A stretch of DNA of 64,000 nt from Hormiphora californensis (GCA_020137815.1 CM035354.1:2294001-2358000); one strand, 5' to 3'. Positions 1-25,925 are shown, counted from the first letter of the stretch. The notes: a model not told the origin generated them from the letters alone. Program-made: numbers and translations.

Positions 1-2222
1 TAGAGATGGATCTGAGAATGCTGCACCACTTTTTATACTGTTCCAGATCTGAAAGGATGTATTAATAGTGTTGAGAAAGTTGAGACACGTATCTCATTCC
101 CATCTCATTTCATGTGTGTGTACAAGTTAAATGTGCTATAACACCGGTGTGTATCTGTATATCGCACCCCGCGCGGGGTGCGATATGCACGCATATCGGC
201 TCCTTGCGGAGCAAGGAGACGATATGCAATATATCGCCCCGAACGTAGTGAGGGCGATATATTTGATACACATAAGGTGTTATAGCATATAACGCCCACT
301 GCAAGCAAGGAGAGAACAACACTAATCCCCTTTCAAGTTTTTCAACTCAATTTGACAAACTATTCAACATCATCAAACTTTCACAGTTCAACAACAAATA
401 CTGACACAGCGAGAGAGAGGCAACACAACTCATGTCAACCCTTCAAATATGTTCCCTTTTCAACTCCAGACATGTCTAGACATGTCTAGACACTCACACA
501 CACGAGCGAACTATTGGGTGCTAATTAAATAGAGAGAGATAACGTTTACCAATGTCTCTCTTGTCTCTCTCTCTTGTCGCCATTCTGCCGCCCCTTGTTG
601 TGTCAATCTCTCTTTCTCTTTGAAACAGTGTGTACACAACAGTACACACAAACAAAAGAAAGAGTTTTCACACCTTTTTGGATTAATTCTTCCGTGTAAT
701 AAATTGCACTTTTAGAGCGGGCGTTATGAGATTTATCACGTCGGATGCAGTCATATCAGCCCGCTACCGCGCGGGTGTTATTTCTCCAAAAAATGCACAG
801 TGGGCGTTATATGAACTATGAACGTTTGTAGACTGGCGCGTTATCAAGTTGGCTGTTCCCAGCGCGAGCTGGGGACAGCCAACTGGAGTTTAATCGCCCG
901 GCAGGGCGATTAAACTGGTTTAAATCCCGACGCCGATCCCGAGGCGCCAGCCGAGGGTGAGGGGGAGGTGATTTAAACCTATAACGCGATAGGCTAACAA
1001 ACGTTCATAGTTTATGAAACCCGATAGTAATTACACACAAATAAGAGACACAACACAAGGTGAAACACACTAGGAAAGCTGGCAAATAGTCAACAGACAC
1101 CGTCAAAATGTGTGTAGACTTAGTGTCTACTGTTCCTAACATGTTTGAGAAAGAGAGAGAAAGATTAGGGGCAATACACACTGTCAGAGGTAGTGAACAG
1201 TAAAAGAGACAATGAGAGAGAGAAATGAATGGAATGTGATTCTTTTCACTCCTTATGAGAGAGATAACATTGAAACGTGTTGCAGACATGTTTCCCCTTT
1301 CTTTTGTTGACAGAACTGTGTGTTTACACACATTTTCAATACCTAGAATTTTACACGCATGTTATTCAAATGAAGAGAAACGCGTGAAAGAGGGAACTGG
1401 TCTGTCAAACTGCGAGGAGGGTGTTAAATCTCCCAGCTGGCGGTTATCATGTGCGCGCAAATTCTTCAAACGACTGATAAATCAACTATCGGGTTTCATA
1501 CCAGCATATCTTCTTGCTTCACAGGTACAGGGTGTTGGCAGAAAACATGGGACTCTCACCTGAGTGTAGACTCACCTGGGTGCCCTGCTCATTAAGTAAG
1601 ACTCACCTGGGTGCCCTGCTCATTAAGTAGACTCACCTGGGTGCCCTGCTCATTTAGTAAATTGGTGTAATCAATCGCTTTGAACTCCTCCACAGTGTTG
1701 GTATTTAGTATGTCACCCCTGTAGACACAGCCACTGCTCTCTTCATCATTGAAACTATCGTAGGAGAGGGACAAATGGGCCGGGACACCATTTGCACAAT
1801 CTGAAGAGGGAAATGTGTTTTACAGTAATATTGTTAGTTTTGAAAACAAAAAGTATCCAATTGGCATCATTAAAAAATGACAGCAGACAGCCTATAACAT
1901 AGGTCTTTGCAAAAAGATATATCTCATGATGCCATTGATTACATCTCCCCTCATGGGATATGGTGTTACTAACTGGACTACTTGTTTTGAGTTTTTGATA
2001 TCGAAGTGTTGCATATGCCTTGTAAGAACATATAACCGGAGCTCTCACCCTACCGTTTATTGTGTATGTTTGTCATAGAAGAACCTACCGTTTGTGTATG
2101 CTGCGGAGATGGGAAGGGGCCGGGAGTCAAGTTTCAATTCATCGAGTTTCTTAGCATTGAGGATTGGTCCAGAATGTATGATCTATTGAGCTGATCAGAG
2201 GTACATAGCTCAGCCCTGACAT
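1..2222 (-). CDS. ATG7: Ubiquitin-like modifier-activating enzyme ATG7, 5' three exons (gene continues beyond the window start)
   Basis: Exons 2222-2089, 1800-1637 and 48-<1 with GT-AG junctions in consistent phase give MSGLSYVPLISSIDHTFWT/LNAKKLDELKLDSRPLPISAAYTNDCANGVPAHLSLSYDSF...GDILNTNTVEEFKAIDYTNLLNEQGTQIWNSIKSGAAFSDPSL. This matches the ATG7 N-terminus (FW..L..KKL...KLD, NTNT.E.FK, IW.SIKSG). There is one extra base near 2162-2165 (+1 frameshift). Confidence 0.92.
817..1500. mobile_element. Two abutting non-autonomous TIR elements (817-1009 and 1013-1500) in ATG7 intron 2
   Basis: TIRs are TATGAACGTTTGT/ACAAACGTTCATA and TATGAAACCCGATAGT/ACTATCGGGTTTCATA. The same pair occurs inverted at ~37795-38490. 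Confidence 0.75.
1552..1660 (-). repeat. Tandem ~30-nt duplication spanning the ATG7 exon 2 donor (CAG|GTGAGT x3 plus a partial copy)
   Basis: ACTCACCTGGGTGCCCTGCTCATT is repeated three times. Confidence 0.9.
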
Positions 2223-2354
2223 ACTCACAGCTGGAGGATTGTCAGTGTGGGTTGGTCAGTTTTGATCAAGTAAGGTAAATCAAAATCAATATTTTGTAAA
2301 GGTAAATCATCCTATTAATATCAATTAAATAATTAATGAATATAATTGGCAACG

Positions 2355-3595
2355 TTAGATTTCAAATGAAACACCTCTCTCATCCAATAAAGACGAACTA
2401 GATTGTTCAGTTTCACTAGTGGTCGGAAAATAAGTTGTCACAGTCACTTCCTTCTGGTAACCGGCGGAGGGGGAATTTGACACAGCATGACTTGATGAAT
2501 TGTCAAACTGTCGAGATGGTTGAATATCTGGAGCTGGAAACTGTCGAGATGATTGAATATCTGGAGTTACAAAATCACTACCAGGTTGGGCCATAGCGTG
2601 TCCCTCTCCGATCACCTCAGTGACAACATCATTCCAATTCATATTCCGGGATGTCTTCTTTGGTCGGCTGCGTTTAGTACTAGAGCGTGTTAGCGATGTG
2701 ATATGATCCTGATTGACACCAGGACGTGTTGTGATATGATCCTGATTAGGACGTGTTGTGATTTGATCCTGATTAGGACGTGTAGTGATATGATCCTCAT
2801 TAGGACGTGTTGTGATGCGATCCTGATTAGGACGTGTTGTGATATGATCCTGATTAGGACGTGTTGTGATGTGATCCTGATTATTAATCTCCTGAATATC
2901 ATCATCCTCTATAATAATAGCAGTAGTAGTAGTAGAGGTGGTATCTATGTCCTGTATAGTTTGTGTTGTTCTATCCTTCGTAGTGCTGATCGTGTGGTGT
3001 TTCTTCTTCAATCGAATGGGACTTTTCTGGGGCGCAGAGTTCTGAAAATATGATTTCAGGGTTGAAATATATCTGGTTACCAAGCAAGTAACCTAGTTAC
3101 ACTTTTGGTATCGTGAGTACCCTTTCAAATAGTAGTTGACACTCGAACAAGTCACCACGTTAGTAACCAAGTTACCACGTCAGTAACCCAGTTACCACGT
3201 CAGTAACCCAGTTACCAAGCAAGTAACCTAGTTACCACGTCAGTAACCTAGTTACCACGTCAGTAACCTAGTTACCACGTCAGTAACCTAGTTACCACGT
3301 CAGTATCCCAGTTACCACGTCAGTTACCTAGTTACCACGTCAGTATTCCAGTTACCACGTCAGTTGTCAGTTGTCAGTAACCTAGTTACCAAGTCATTAA
3401 CCTAGTTACCACGTCAGTTGTCAGTAAACTAGTCGGTATGAGTCCTAGTAACCTAGTCCCTTACCGGTATGTGCTGTTTGTGTATTTTAACGTTATGCAG
3501 CCGGAGCCCGCTGGCAGTGGAGTACTTCTTTGTACAACGTGTACACCTGTACCAGGAGGTCGGTTCGTGTAGTCTCTCGTGTCTTCGTAACTGGG
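2355..3595 (-). CDS. Duplicated last two exons of the C2H2 zinc-finger gene (3595-3465, 3041-2355)
   Basis: Near-identical to 5552-5422 and 5263-4604, with intact splice sites and open frames. The copies differ in the arrangement of the NQDHITTRP repeats and the poly-Thr length. Confidence 0.7.
3150..3430. repeat. 20-bp minisatellite (GTTACCACGTCAGTAACCTA)n, intronic
   Basis: About 12 degenerate tandem units. A shorter array lies at 5298-5410 in the paralogous intron. Confidence 0.9.
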
Positions 3596-3819
3596 CTGGG
3601 GAGGGTAGTGTGTGTTGCATAGCTCGACCCTCTTTTCGCGAGCTAGAACATAACAAAGTGTGTGTGGGGTACCCAGGTCAAAATTGTTGACAATGTAGCA
3701 ATGCGCTTGCCAGCACATTTTGGTAAACTCCCAGCACATTTTGAAATTTAAGAGGGAACTATTAAATTGAGTCTGGCGTGCTCCTATTGGTCCATATATT
3801 GTCGACATTAGGTGCTATT

Positions 3820-4460
3820 TTGATCGATTTTACAGAAAAACTTACTATGCCAATATATTGGCCTCTCTACCACCGGTTGCGAAGCAAATTTCTCTAATAA
3901 ACGTCCTAGGGTGTTCCAATTGGTCTATATTTACTCCTTATAACCGTGGGTAGTCGATATATTGAGTCTTAGGGGGTGCTGGCTGGGTGCTGGCATCCAG
4001 CAATGGGGCAGCAATGGATCGATTTTACAGAAAAAGTTACTATGTCAATATAGCCTCTCTGCCACCGGTCGCGAGGCAAATTTCTCCAATAAACGTCCTA
4101 GGGTGTTCCAATTGGTCTATATTTACTCCCTATAACCGTGGATAGTCGATAAATAGAGTTTTAGGGGGTGCTGGCTGGGTGCTGGGATCCAGCAATGGGG
4201 CAGCAATGTAAACGTGTCTCATTGCTGCATATTGCTGGATGCCAGCACCCATTCTTCACCCCCTAAGACTCAATTTATCGACTATCCACGGTTATAGGGA
4301 GTAAATATAGACCAATTGGAACACCCTAGGACGTTTATTGGAGAAATTTGCCTCGCGACCGGTGACAGAGAGGCCATATTGACACAGTAACTTTTTCTGT
4401 AAAATTGATCCATTGCTGCCCCATTGCTGGATCCCAGCACCCCAAAACCAAGCACCCCCT
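3820..4460. mobile_element. Foldback/MITE-like element with internal direct and ~200-bp inverted repeats
   Basis: 3823-4015 is repeated at 4017-4207. The arm ~4005-4200 is the reverse complement of ~4230-4440. It lies between the duplicated zinc-finger exon blocks. Confidence 0.65.
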
Positions 4461-4603
4461 TAAACCTAGGCCGTTATATTGGAGACCCTCTGCTCACCTG
4501 GGGGGTTGTCAGGGGTCAAAGTTAAATCAAAATCAATCTTTTGTAAAGGTAAATCATCCTATTAATATATCAATTAAATAATTAATTAATATAATTGGCA
4601 ACG

Positions 4604-7045
4604 TTAGATTTCAAATGAAACACCTCTCTCATCCAATAAAGACGAACTAGATTGTTCAGTTTCACTAGTGGTCGGAAAATAAGTTGTCACAGTCACTTCC
4701 TTCTGGTAACCGGCGGAGGGGGAATTTGACACCGCATGACTTGATGAATTGTCAAACTGTCGGGATGGTTGAATATCTGGAGTTGCAAACTGTCGAGATG
4801 ATTGAATATCTGGAGTTACAAAATCACTACCAGGTTGGGCCATAGCGTGTCCCTCTCCTATCACCTCAGTGACAACATCATTCCAATTCATATTCCGGGG
4901 GGTCTTCTTTGGTCGGCTGCGTTTAGTACTAGAGCGTGTTAGCGATGTGATATGATCCTGATTGACACCAGGACGTGTTGTGATATTATCCTGATTGACA
5001 CCAGGACGTGTTGTGATGTGATCCTGATTAGGACGTGTAGTGATATGATCCTGATTAGGACGTGTAGTGATATGATCCTCATTAGGACGTGTTGTGATAT
5101 GATCCTGATTGATAATCTCCTGAATTTCATCATCCTCTATAATAATAGCAGTAGTAGAGGTGGTATCTATGTCCTGTATAGTTTGTGTAGTTCTATCCTT
5201 AGTAGTGCTGATCGTGTGGTGTTTCTTCTTCAATCGAATGGGACTTTTTTGGGGCGCAGAGTTCTGAAAATATGATTTCAGGGTTTAAATATATCTGGTT
5301 ACCAAGCAAGTAACCTATTTACCACGTCAGTCGTCAGTAACCTAGTTACCACGTCAGTAACCTAGTTACCACGTCAGTATCCCAGTTACCATATCAGCAA
5401 CCTAGTAACCTAGTCCCTTACCGGTATGTGCTGTTTGTGTATTTTAACGTTATGCAGCCGGAGCCCACTGGCAGTAGAGTACTTCTTTGTACAACGTGTA
5501 CACCTGTACCATGAGGTCGGTTCGTGTAATCTCTCGTGTCTTCGTAACTGGGCTGGGGAGGGTAGCGTGTGGGGGCTGGGGAGGGCGTAGTGTGTGTTGC
5601 CTAGCTCGACCCTCTTTTCGCGAGCTAGAACATAACAAAGTGTGTGGGGGTAGAAGTAGTGCACACAGAGATCAGGGTTATAACTTATAATGATGATGAG
5701 AAATCGGGGAAAATACCTTCTACAATATTTTATGATACGAAGGGGTGGGATACCAAAAACTTGATTGGAATTAGCAAGGGTTAATTAAGTGATCAGAAAT
5801 CCTTACCTGATGTGTTAAATCTCATTCCACAATGACCACAATGAAACTTCCTCTTATTTTCCTCGTTCATGATATGATTTAGCACGCCCGTCCTCCGTGT
5901 AAACTGTTCACTACAATACGGACACGAATAAACACGTGTCTTATTGCACTCATGAGCGGTGAAACTCTCTTTTGATCTGAACTGTGCCGTGCACTCGGTG
6001 CATCTGTAACATATGTGCCCAGGACCCCTGTGCTTCCCACAGTTCCCACAGACCGGCTTAGCGGTTGTGTTGTCTGTATTAGTATTTTTAGTTGTGTTGT
6101 GGGCCGTTTTCTGGTGTCGAGTCAGAGAGGATCGAGTTGAGTAGGTAGACCGACAGGTGGGACATTTGAACCGTTTTAACGAGTGCACTGACATGTGTTT
6201 CTTGAGTTCATGAGTGCCTTCGTAGCCTCGGAAACACACGCTACACATATAAGTTCCACCGTGTTTCTCTAAATTGTGTGACTTGAACTTTTCGTAACTG
6301 GCAAACATCTCCCCGCACTGTCGGCAGTAGGAGTGTAGGTAGGGTTCAGGATCGTGTAATAGGGGTGTGGGGACCTCATGGGGTTCTTCAATTGTAGTAG
6401 TGGCTACTTCCGATGATGTAGTAGTGGTTTCAATAGGAGCCTCCCTTTCGTAGGAGTCTGTGTAGGTTTCATATATTTGGGCTGTTTGTTCATCTTCCTC
6501 GCACAGCTGATGATCTACCCCTCTTATCTGATCCCCTTCGAGGGTCGGGTCTTCAAGGGATACAGCTCGAGCGAGGTCACCTCTTTTCCATAGTTGTGGT
6601 TGTTCCTGTAAAACATTAGTTGGTTATGAAGTCACCTATTCGCTATTTGCTATTACGAGCTTTATCTTTAAATTCACTTCCTTTTGATCAAACTTTAGCA
6701 CGTATTTCATTTATCATTTATTATTCAGTTTATTATCAGCCTCGTACCTGAACATGATGATACATCGTGTTATCTGAACTGTCTGACACCAGAATTACCG
6801 AATCTGAAGAGAAGAGTTTTAGTGGGACATGTCAATAACCAGAGAGCTAGTTGAATTGTTACTTGTGCAAAGAAAAGTGGGATGTCAATAACCAGAGTGG
6901 GGTGTAAAACACTTATAAGATTGTTACTAATTGTTACAAAAATAACTTTTGACTGACCATTAGGTACTTGATAGACCATGTTGGTTGGGTGTGCTTCTCC
7001 ATTAGAAACGAGTATGAGAACTCGTGAGTCACTATAATCATCCAT
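4604..7045 (-). CDS. Multi-C2H2 zinc-finger protein with a C-terminal NQDHITTRP repeat region
   Basis: Exons 7045-~6958, ~6803-6748, 6606-5807, 5552-5422, 5263-4604. Splicing exon 3 to exon 4 completes a canonical finger (CGHCGMRFNTS|AQLRRHERLH). About 7-8 C2H2 motifs are visible. Confidence 0.85.
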
Positions 7046-7283
7046 GACTATAATTAAATTGTTATGGGATTATTTTGGGGAGTGAATTGGGGCTGGGGAG
7101 TGGGGTGGGGGGTTACATAGATAAAACAACTGTTTATGTAAGGAAAACTAAAAAACACTCAACTAAATTAATTCTAAAGGGGGTTTAAAATTTAAATAAT
7201 ACATAGATATAGATCAATGTAATTGACAATCAACTCATAACTTTGCTAACTTGATTAAATATCTGAAATTAATTTAATATTAT

Positions 7284-8264
7284 TTACATGTCCATATTAA
7301 ACACGATTTTCCCGACTGCTCGCCTCGTTTTCAATTTATCAAATCCTTCCTTTAGGCTCGTCTCATTGAAGGGCAACTCGTCCTGAATTATCGGTTTCAG
7401 AGGATCCTTCCCTCCCTCCCCGTCCATAATTCCAGCCAGCTCCGTGTAATCCTTAGTATTCTTTTTCATAGCGAATAAGTGCTCATTAGCTCTGCACCCA
7501 ATCCCCGAAAGGGCCCGCAGCCAAAATCCTGGAGATCCGTTAATTGCGACGTACTGACCATGTCGCTCTGCAGTTGATTTTAGGAGACCTTTAGAGATGG
7601 TATAGTAATCCTCTCCCGCTCCACTGTTAGTCGCACAATCGTAGATCACATCAAACTTCTTGTCTTCTGGAATGACATCACCCACTGTCAGGGACTCGGT
7701 TAGTGTTGTTTTTGTGTAATCGACCACTTCTGTGGCTCCTAAACTCTTAACCAGTTCCACGTTTCTCTCACTACACACACCGACAATTTCTTTTGCACCG
7801 AACACTTTTGATAGTTGAAGGCCTGCAGTACCAGTACCCCCACTGGCACCAATAACCAACACTCGGTCACCCTCCTGGATCTTTCCGTAGTCTTTAAGTG
7901 CTTGGAAGGAAGTGAGATAGGTGACGGGAAGAGCAGCAGCTTCGGTAAAGGTCAGGGAAGATGGTTTTAGTGCGAGACCATCGGGATCTGTTGCAGTGAA
8001 CTCAGCCAAGCTTCCATCTCTCCCAACCGCCCCATAAACTTCATCACCAACTTTAAAAGTGTCAACTTTGCTTCCAACTTCCTCGACAATCCCAGCAACG
8101 TCAATTCCAACCACAGTTCCCATGATAGGCCATGGTGCTTTGTAATCGACGGGATTAATGGCAGCACATTTCACTTTCAAAAGTACTTTGTTGTCGCCAC
8201 ATTTAGGTTTTGAGTAGGCAGCGTTGAATGATATGGTAGTTCCACTTCGTGTAGCTGCTCGCAT
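7284..8264 (-). CDS. MDR-superfamily NAD(P)H-dependent oxidoreductase (quinone oxidoreductase/RTN4IP1-like), single exon
   Basis: 326-aa ORF with AAINPVDYK, the GIDVAG.V..VG..V..FKVGDEVYG GroES-like domain, the IGASGGTG Rossmann motif and a C-terminal RAVGKIV. Confidence 0.9.
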   Translation of the reverse strand: MRAATRSGTTISFNAAYSKPKCGDNKVLLKVKCAAINPVDYKAPWPIMGTVVGIDVAGIVEEVGSKVDTFKVGDEVYGAVGRDGSLAEFTATDPDGLALKPSSLTFTEAAALPVTYLTSFQALKDYGKIQEGDRVLVIGASGGTGTAGLQLSKVFGAKEIVGVCSERNVELVKSLGATEVVDYTKTTLTESLTVGDVIPEDKKFDVIYDCATNSGAGEDYYTISKGLLKSTAERHGQYVAINGSPGFWLRALSGIGCRANEHLFAMKKNTKDYTELAGIMDGEGGKDPLKPIIQDELPFNETSLKEGFDKLKTRRAVGKIVFNMDM

Positions 8265-8954
8265 GGCGGATATTCAACGGGGAAGATCGAAAACTGTTGA
8301 CTTTTGTCTTTTTCAGAAAAAGTTTTGTGTCACGCACTCAAAAACAAGTTCAGATTTTCACAATTTTTAGTAACTTTTCGGCCAAATTTGTCAAACGCGC
8401 CGCGGTTTGCTATTTGCGCGTTACTCTTTGGAACCACATGTTGCGCGAAAACGGGTGTACTTTCTTCACAACACCGTCTATTGATACCGCGCCTTACAGA
8501 AAGATTATGATCGGTGTTCGGGTGTTCCTTAGAATGTCATGATTTGTGGGGACGGTAATATTGAATTGTGTGGACTGTGGAGCGTGCTGGAGCTGTAGCA
8601 CAATAGAGGGGGCACGTGAGAGTCCAATATATGCGTCAGTTAATCTTCTGACAAGCGAACTCATAGTAACCCACAATGCAATACTTCAATTAGATGTCAT
8701 TGGGATGGGGGAGGGGAGGGTGCAATTGTCAGCTTGCCTATGGAATGATATTGGGAGGTTTTAGTAGTGGTGATGGAGTAGACAATGCACACTTCTCCCT
8801 TTCTTACTAATTTAGACAGGACACAAAGCGGTAGTCTACTGATAAACAATGCAATGTAATCACCACCAACACACATTTCTCTGGCGCTCCGAATCTTAAG
8901 TTTAGTATGAATGGGTTGAAGTCACGAGAGAAGTCATGAGAGAGAGAATGAAAG

Positions 8955-9045
<91 letters not shown>

Positions 9046-9449
9046 AAGGGGGAGATAATGTAATGCAAGTCCACACAAAAGGGCTTTTGTTTTTGAACTG
9101 TGATGCGAAGTGAGATATGCCACTATTGTGAAAACTCAAAATATTTGCTTTCAGACTTCAAGTTGTGATAGATATTTTTCCTGGTTAAGCGTTCGTATGC
9201 AAAATAGGGATGCAGTTTAAACGCAGAACTTTTTCAGAAATAGAATTTATTAATAGCACCAGTTTACACATAGCTTCCGCTCAGAGACAGAGGTATATCA
9301 TTTCATTCACATTTCTTCCAGTTATATCCATATTTATATCAGATTGTCAGGAAAATATATCATAAACAGTGTCCAAGTCATGGCCGGCACGACTCATCTC
9401 ATTAACAGACACCACGTGCAAGTCGGAGTTAAAAAATAAACAAAATAAT

Positions 9450-22705
<13,256 letters not shown>

Positions 22706-23776
22706 GAAACTTGCAAAGAAGGGCTAGAAAGTAGAATACTGTTAGTTTATACAACATCAAGCAAATACAGAATAAGGATCGGTTGATTGCAAATACCAAC
22801 AAACGAGCCAGAAGATCATATAGTGTGACGACGAAGAACAATACAATCACTGTCAACTGTTGCTACAATATAAGATGTACAATATGTATGCCACACTAAC
22901 ACTCACATCACCATTGTGTGTGGGCTTACTACACACTACTTTACACGCAGGTGCGTGGGCGCTAGGGTAACAAGCCGCAACATAGCGATCCGCACCTCAG
23001 CAGAAAGAACTCTCTTGGGGGACATTGCGGCATGATTTGGGAAGCATCTCGATTAAGTACTATGATAGAACTCACACTGAAAAGTTCAAATTATCTCTTT
23101 ATAGAGAAGTTCAACCATCAAAATACATGACGGGGGCTTAGCAACGCTGTTCAGCTGCACTGAAGTTTAAAATTTAGCACTGATTTGCAACAACAAACTT
23201 TCTGAACCTTATAATCAGTTTTGGTAGTTTGTCTTGTTGAAATTGCTCAAATATATACCGACTAAGACCTAAGCTGCCAGTTAAATCGTCGTTCTTTGGC
23301 CTTCGCACCAAAAAACAAAAATCAGTCGACGTTTTTCTTTTTCGAACGAAAAAAAGTTGGATGAACTCGGAGAAAAAATAGCGACATTTGTGCCGCGCAA
23401 ATAAAATACGCGCCGCGCGTTTAGTATTTTAACTCGGCAACGAGAGGTGGTTCCATCCATTTTGAGCTGTGCTGTGCCGGTCAAATCCACGGTCACCACC
23501 ACTGACGCCATGACGTTAATGGTTTTCTGCTATTTTAGGTTGGAATCTTTGTTCTAGGCTGAATAATCCCAACTTATTCTGGAACTCAAAATACTAGAAA
23601 GAAAATTAGTCATTTTTGGCTGTGAAAATAGAAACATAATTACATGTATAACTGTATCTGATATGTATAATATTCTGTGATATATATTTACACTTAATAA
23701 ATGTACAATAAAAACATAAATATCTGGTAATAAATATCTGTGTCGCATTCGTCATAAAGTCCTAGTTATAACCGAT

Positions 23777-23840
23777 CTGTCTGGCACCGCGACCCATGAG
23801 ACCCATTGAGAATCAAATGGGGTATGGCGCCGCCATACAG
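23777..23840. mobile_element. ~60-bp mini-MITE with 8-bp TSD (second copy 56725-56783)
   Basis: CTGTCTGGC...GCCATACAG is flanked by TAACCGAT on both sides. The second copy is flanked by ATCATGAG on both sides. Confidence 0.8.
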
Positions 23841-23988
23841 TAACCGATCAGGGTTCTGAGTTCACACTCTTTTGATCCACCTCGTGCACGTCTCTGGGAG
23901 ATCTCCGGGACCCCTAGCGTGCAGGTCTCTCAGTGATCTCCCAGGAGAGGCCGGGGAGTGACGTATTCTAGTTGAGCAATCTCACTGT

Positions 23989-25925
23989 TTAGCTGCTGAT
24001 ATCAGACCTGGAAAGGGAAAACTTTTTAATGAGTTAACCCTCCTAAATACCACTACGACCACCCTCCCCCACACGAAAAAGGAGATATCACCGACTATAG
24101 TCTATCAGCGCCGCTTGTTGTCGCATTACCGTAATGGAAATACAGTAATGAGACGCACACTTTGTTTAACGCGCAGCAAAAAGTGCATGTGTTTAGCACG
24201 TACTAGCGCCCTGATTGGCCACGGTTGCGCGTCGTCTTACTGTATCTCCGTTTTCCATTACCGTTTTCCCACTACAAGCGACCGGTAAATTATTCACCGC
24301 AATTACCTGCTAAATTATTCACTGCAATTACCTGCTAAATTGAACTAGGGCCACAATTGCCAGTAAGAACTCAATACCACAGAATCCTAGGCCAATGTAG
24401 GATAGAATAGCATCCAGGTGCAATCTGAGAGGGGAGACATATTATTGAATTTAAGATTTTGAATCCATGCTGATGTTCTCTCCCTTTTTGTGCATTTACA
24501 ATTAGAAATTTAATATGATATAATTAGGCCGGTTTAATTAGGTCTAATTAGGTCTCTAATTAGGTCTACTTACACGTATGTTTGGAAGAGCATGGTGAAT
24601 ACAAAAGCCATTGCCATGGGCAGTGTTAGTAGTAGGAACACTATCATGGGGAAGGGCTGCTCCGTCAGGTTCCCCTTGTTACCTGGGGGGGGGGGTGATA
24701 GAAATAGAGGACGATATATCAGGTGCCCTTCTTGGGATACTACACCGGAGGGGGAATATAGGAGGGTAGGCTGTAAGAAAGCACGGTGATATAATGGGGT
24801 GGCGGCACGTGGGGGCTCACTGTCTAGTTTCAAGTAGAGCTGAATGGATGCTATACAGCAGGGCGGGCGCTGGCTGCATCTGCTGCAGTGGGTGGGGGGC
24901 AGTTATCAGTGCCAGCTGGCAGCGTGACTCACACACACACAAGGAAAATACAAAGTCGCCTCACGGAATAAGGGCAGATAAGATGCATTCTTCCCACATC
25001 CAATAAAGTGCATTTTCCCACACCCAATATGCATTGATAAGCAGTTGATGGCGCATACCAGGGCCCATGGGAAATAATAATGAAAGTACCCCTTCCTATC
25101 TGGAATTATAATATTTATTATTTAGGTCTCTACCTGTGAACTGTCGGAGAGCCTCACACAGTCCGTACAATATGATTAAAGAGACTTCGGATGCCAGGGT
25201 GGCTGAGGCGAAGGGTAGAACTGTCGCTGAAAGGGGAGGAGAGGGGTTATTAACGTGCATACACCTCGCTGATTGGGTAGTATGTTGAGATGAGCTGAAT
25301 AAGTGCAGCGATAGTGCTTGTCAGCGCCCAAACACAGAAACTGTGCGCGAGTGTGAGGCGCGCATTTGGACGTTCCCAGGCGCACTGACATGTTATCGCG
25401 CGTTACGTAAAGTCATCCCAGAACTGTACCACAGAAGTGAAATGTGGCAACGTTACGATCGTGAAACCGCTTCAAATTTCGAACAACGTGTCAAGTTTAT
25501 TAATGTACTATTTTCCCTATCAGTCACGGGGGAAATGATATGCTTACGTCACGCAGTCTCGCAATAGTCAGACATTGAATTCTCTACTCTATGAGGGATG
25601 CAGACACACTGAATTTTACATATTTCTATGGGGGTTAGGCAGATCAATTTACCTAGTTGACAAACATGCCTAGCTAGACTGTGTTTCGTGCGCCCCGCCC
25701 CCGCGAAACCCTTCTTTACAAATGTAAAGGAGGGTTAGAACATAACAATGACAAACAAGTTTTCGCAGCCTCCCAAGGCAGGGGTTCTCCTACCAGCTTA
25801 CCTTTCCAAATCATAGCGAGTATTTCGACGAGAAAAAAGAAGATGAAATAGTAGTAATTGTAGAAAAGTAGAATCTGTAGGGGGACGGATGATCGAGGTG
25901 CTGTGTATTGCCGGACAAGTGCCAT
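23989..25925 (-). CDS. TMEM216: Ciliary transition-zone protein TMEM216 (TMEM17/216/80 family), 5 exons
   Basis: Exons 25925-25802, 25226-25134, 24682-24574, 24424-24332 and 24007-23989 give SSVPLQILLFYN...LVEILAMIWKATVLPF...EALRQFTGNKGNLTEQ...FQTYVLHLDAIL...GFCGIEFLL, matching the family motifs SS.PL.IL, GNL and QTYVL.L.A. Confidence 0.88.

Noticed and set aside
2690-3053. Alternative-frame and antisense repeat ORFs (MILIRTCCD..., IRIISQHVL...)
   Set aside because: Shadows of the 27-nt coding repeat in the zinc-finger terminal exon.
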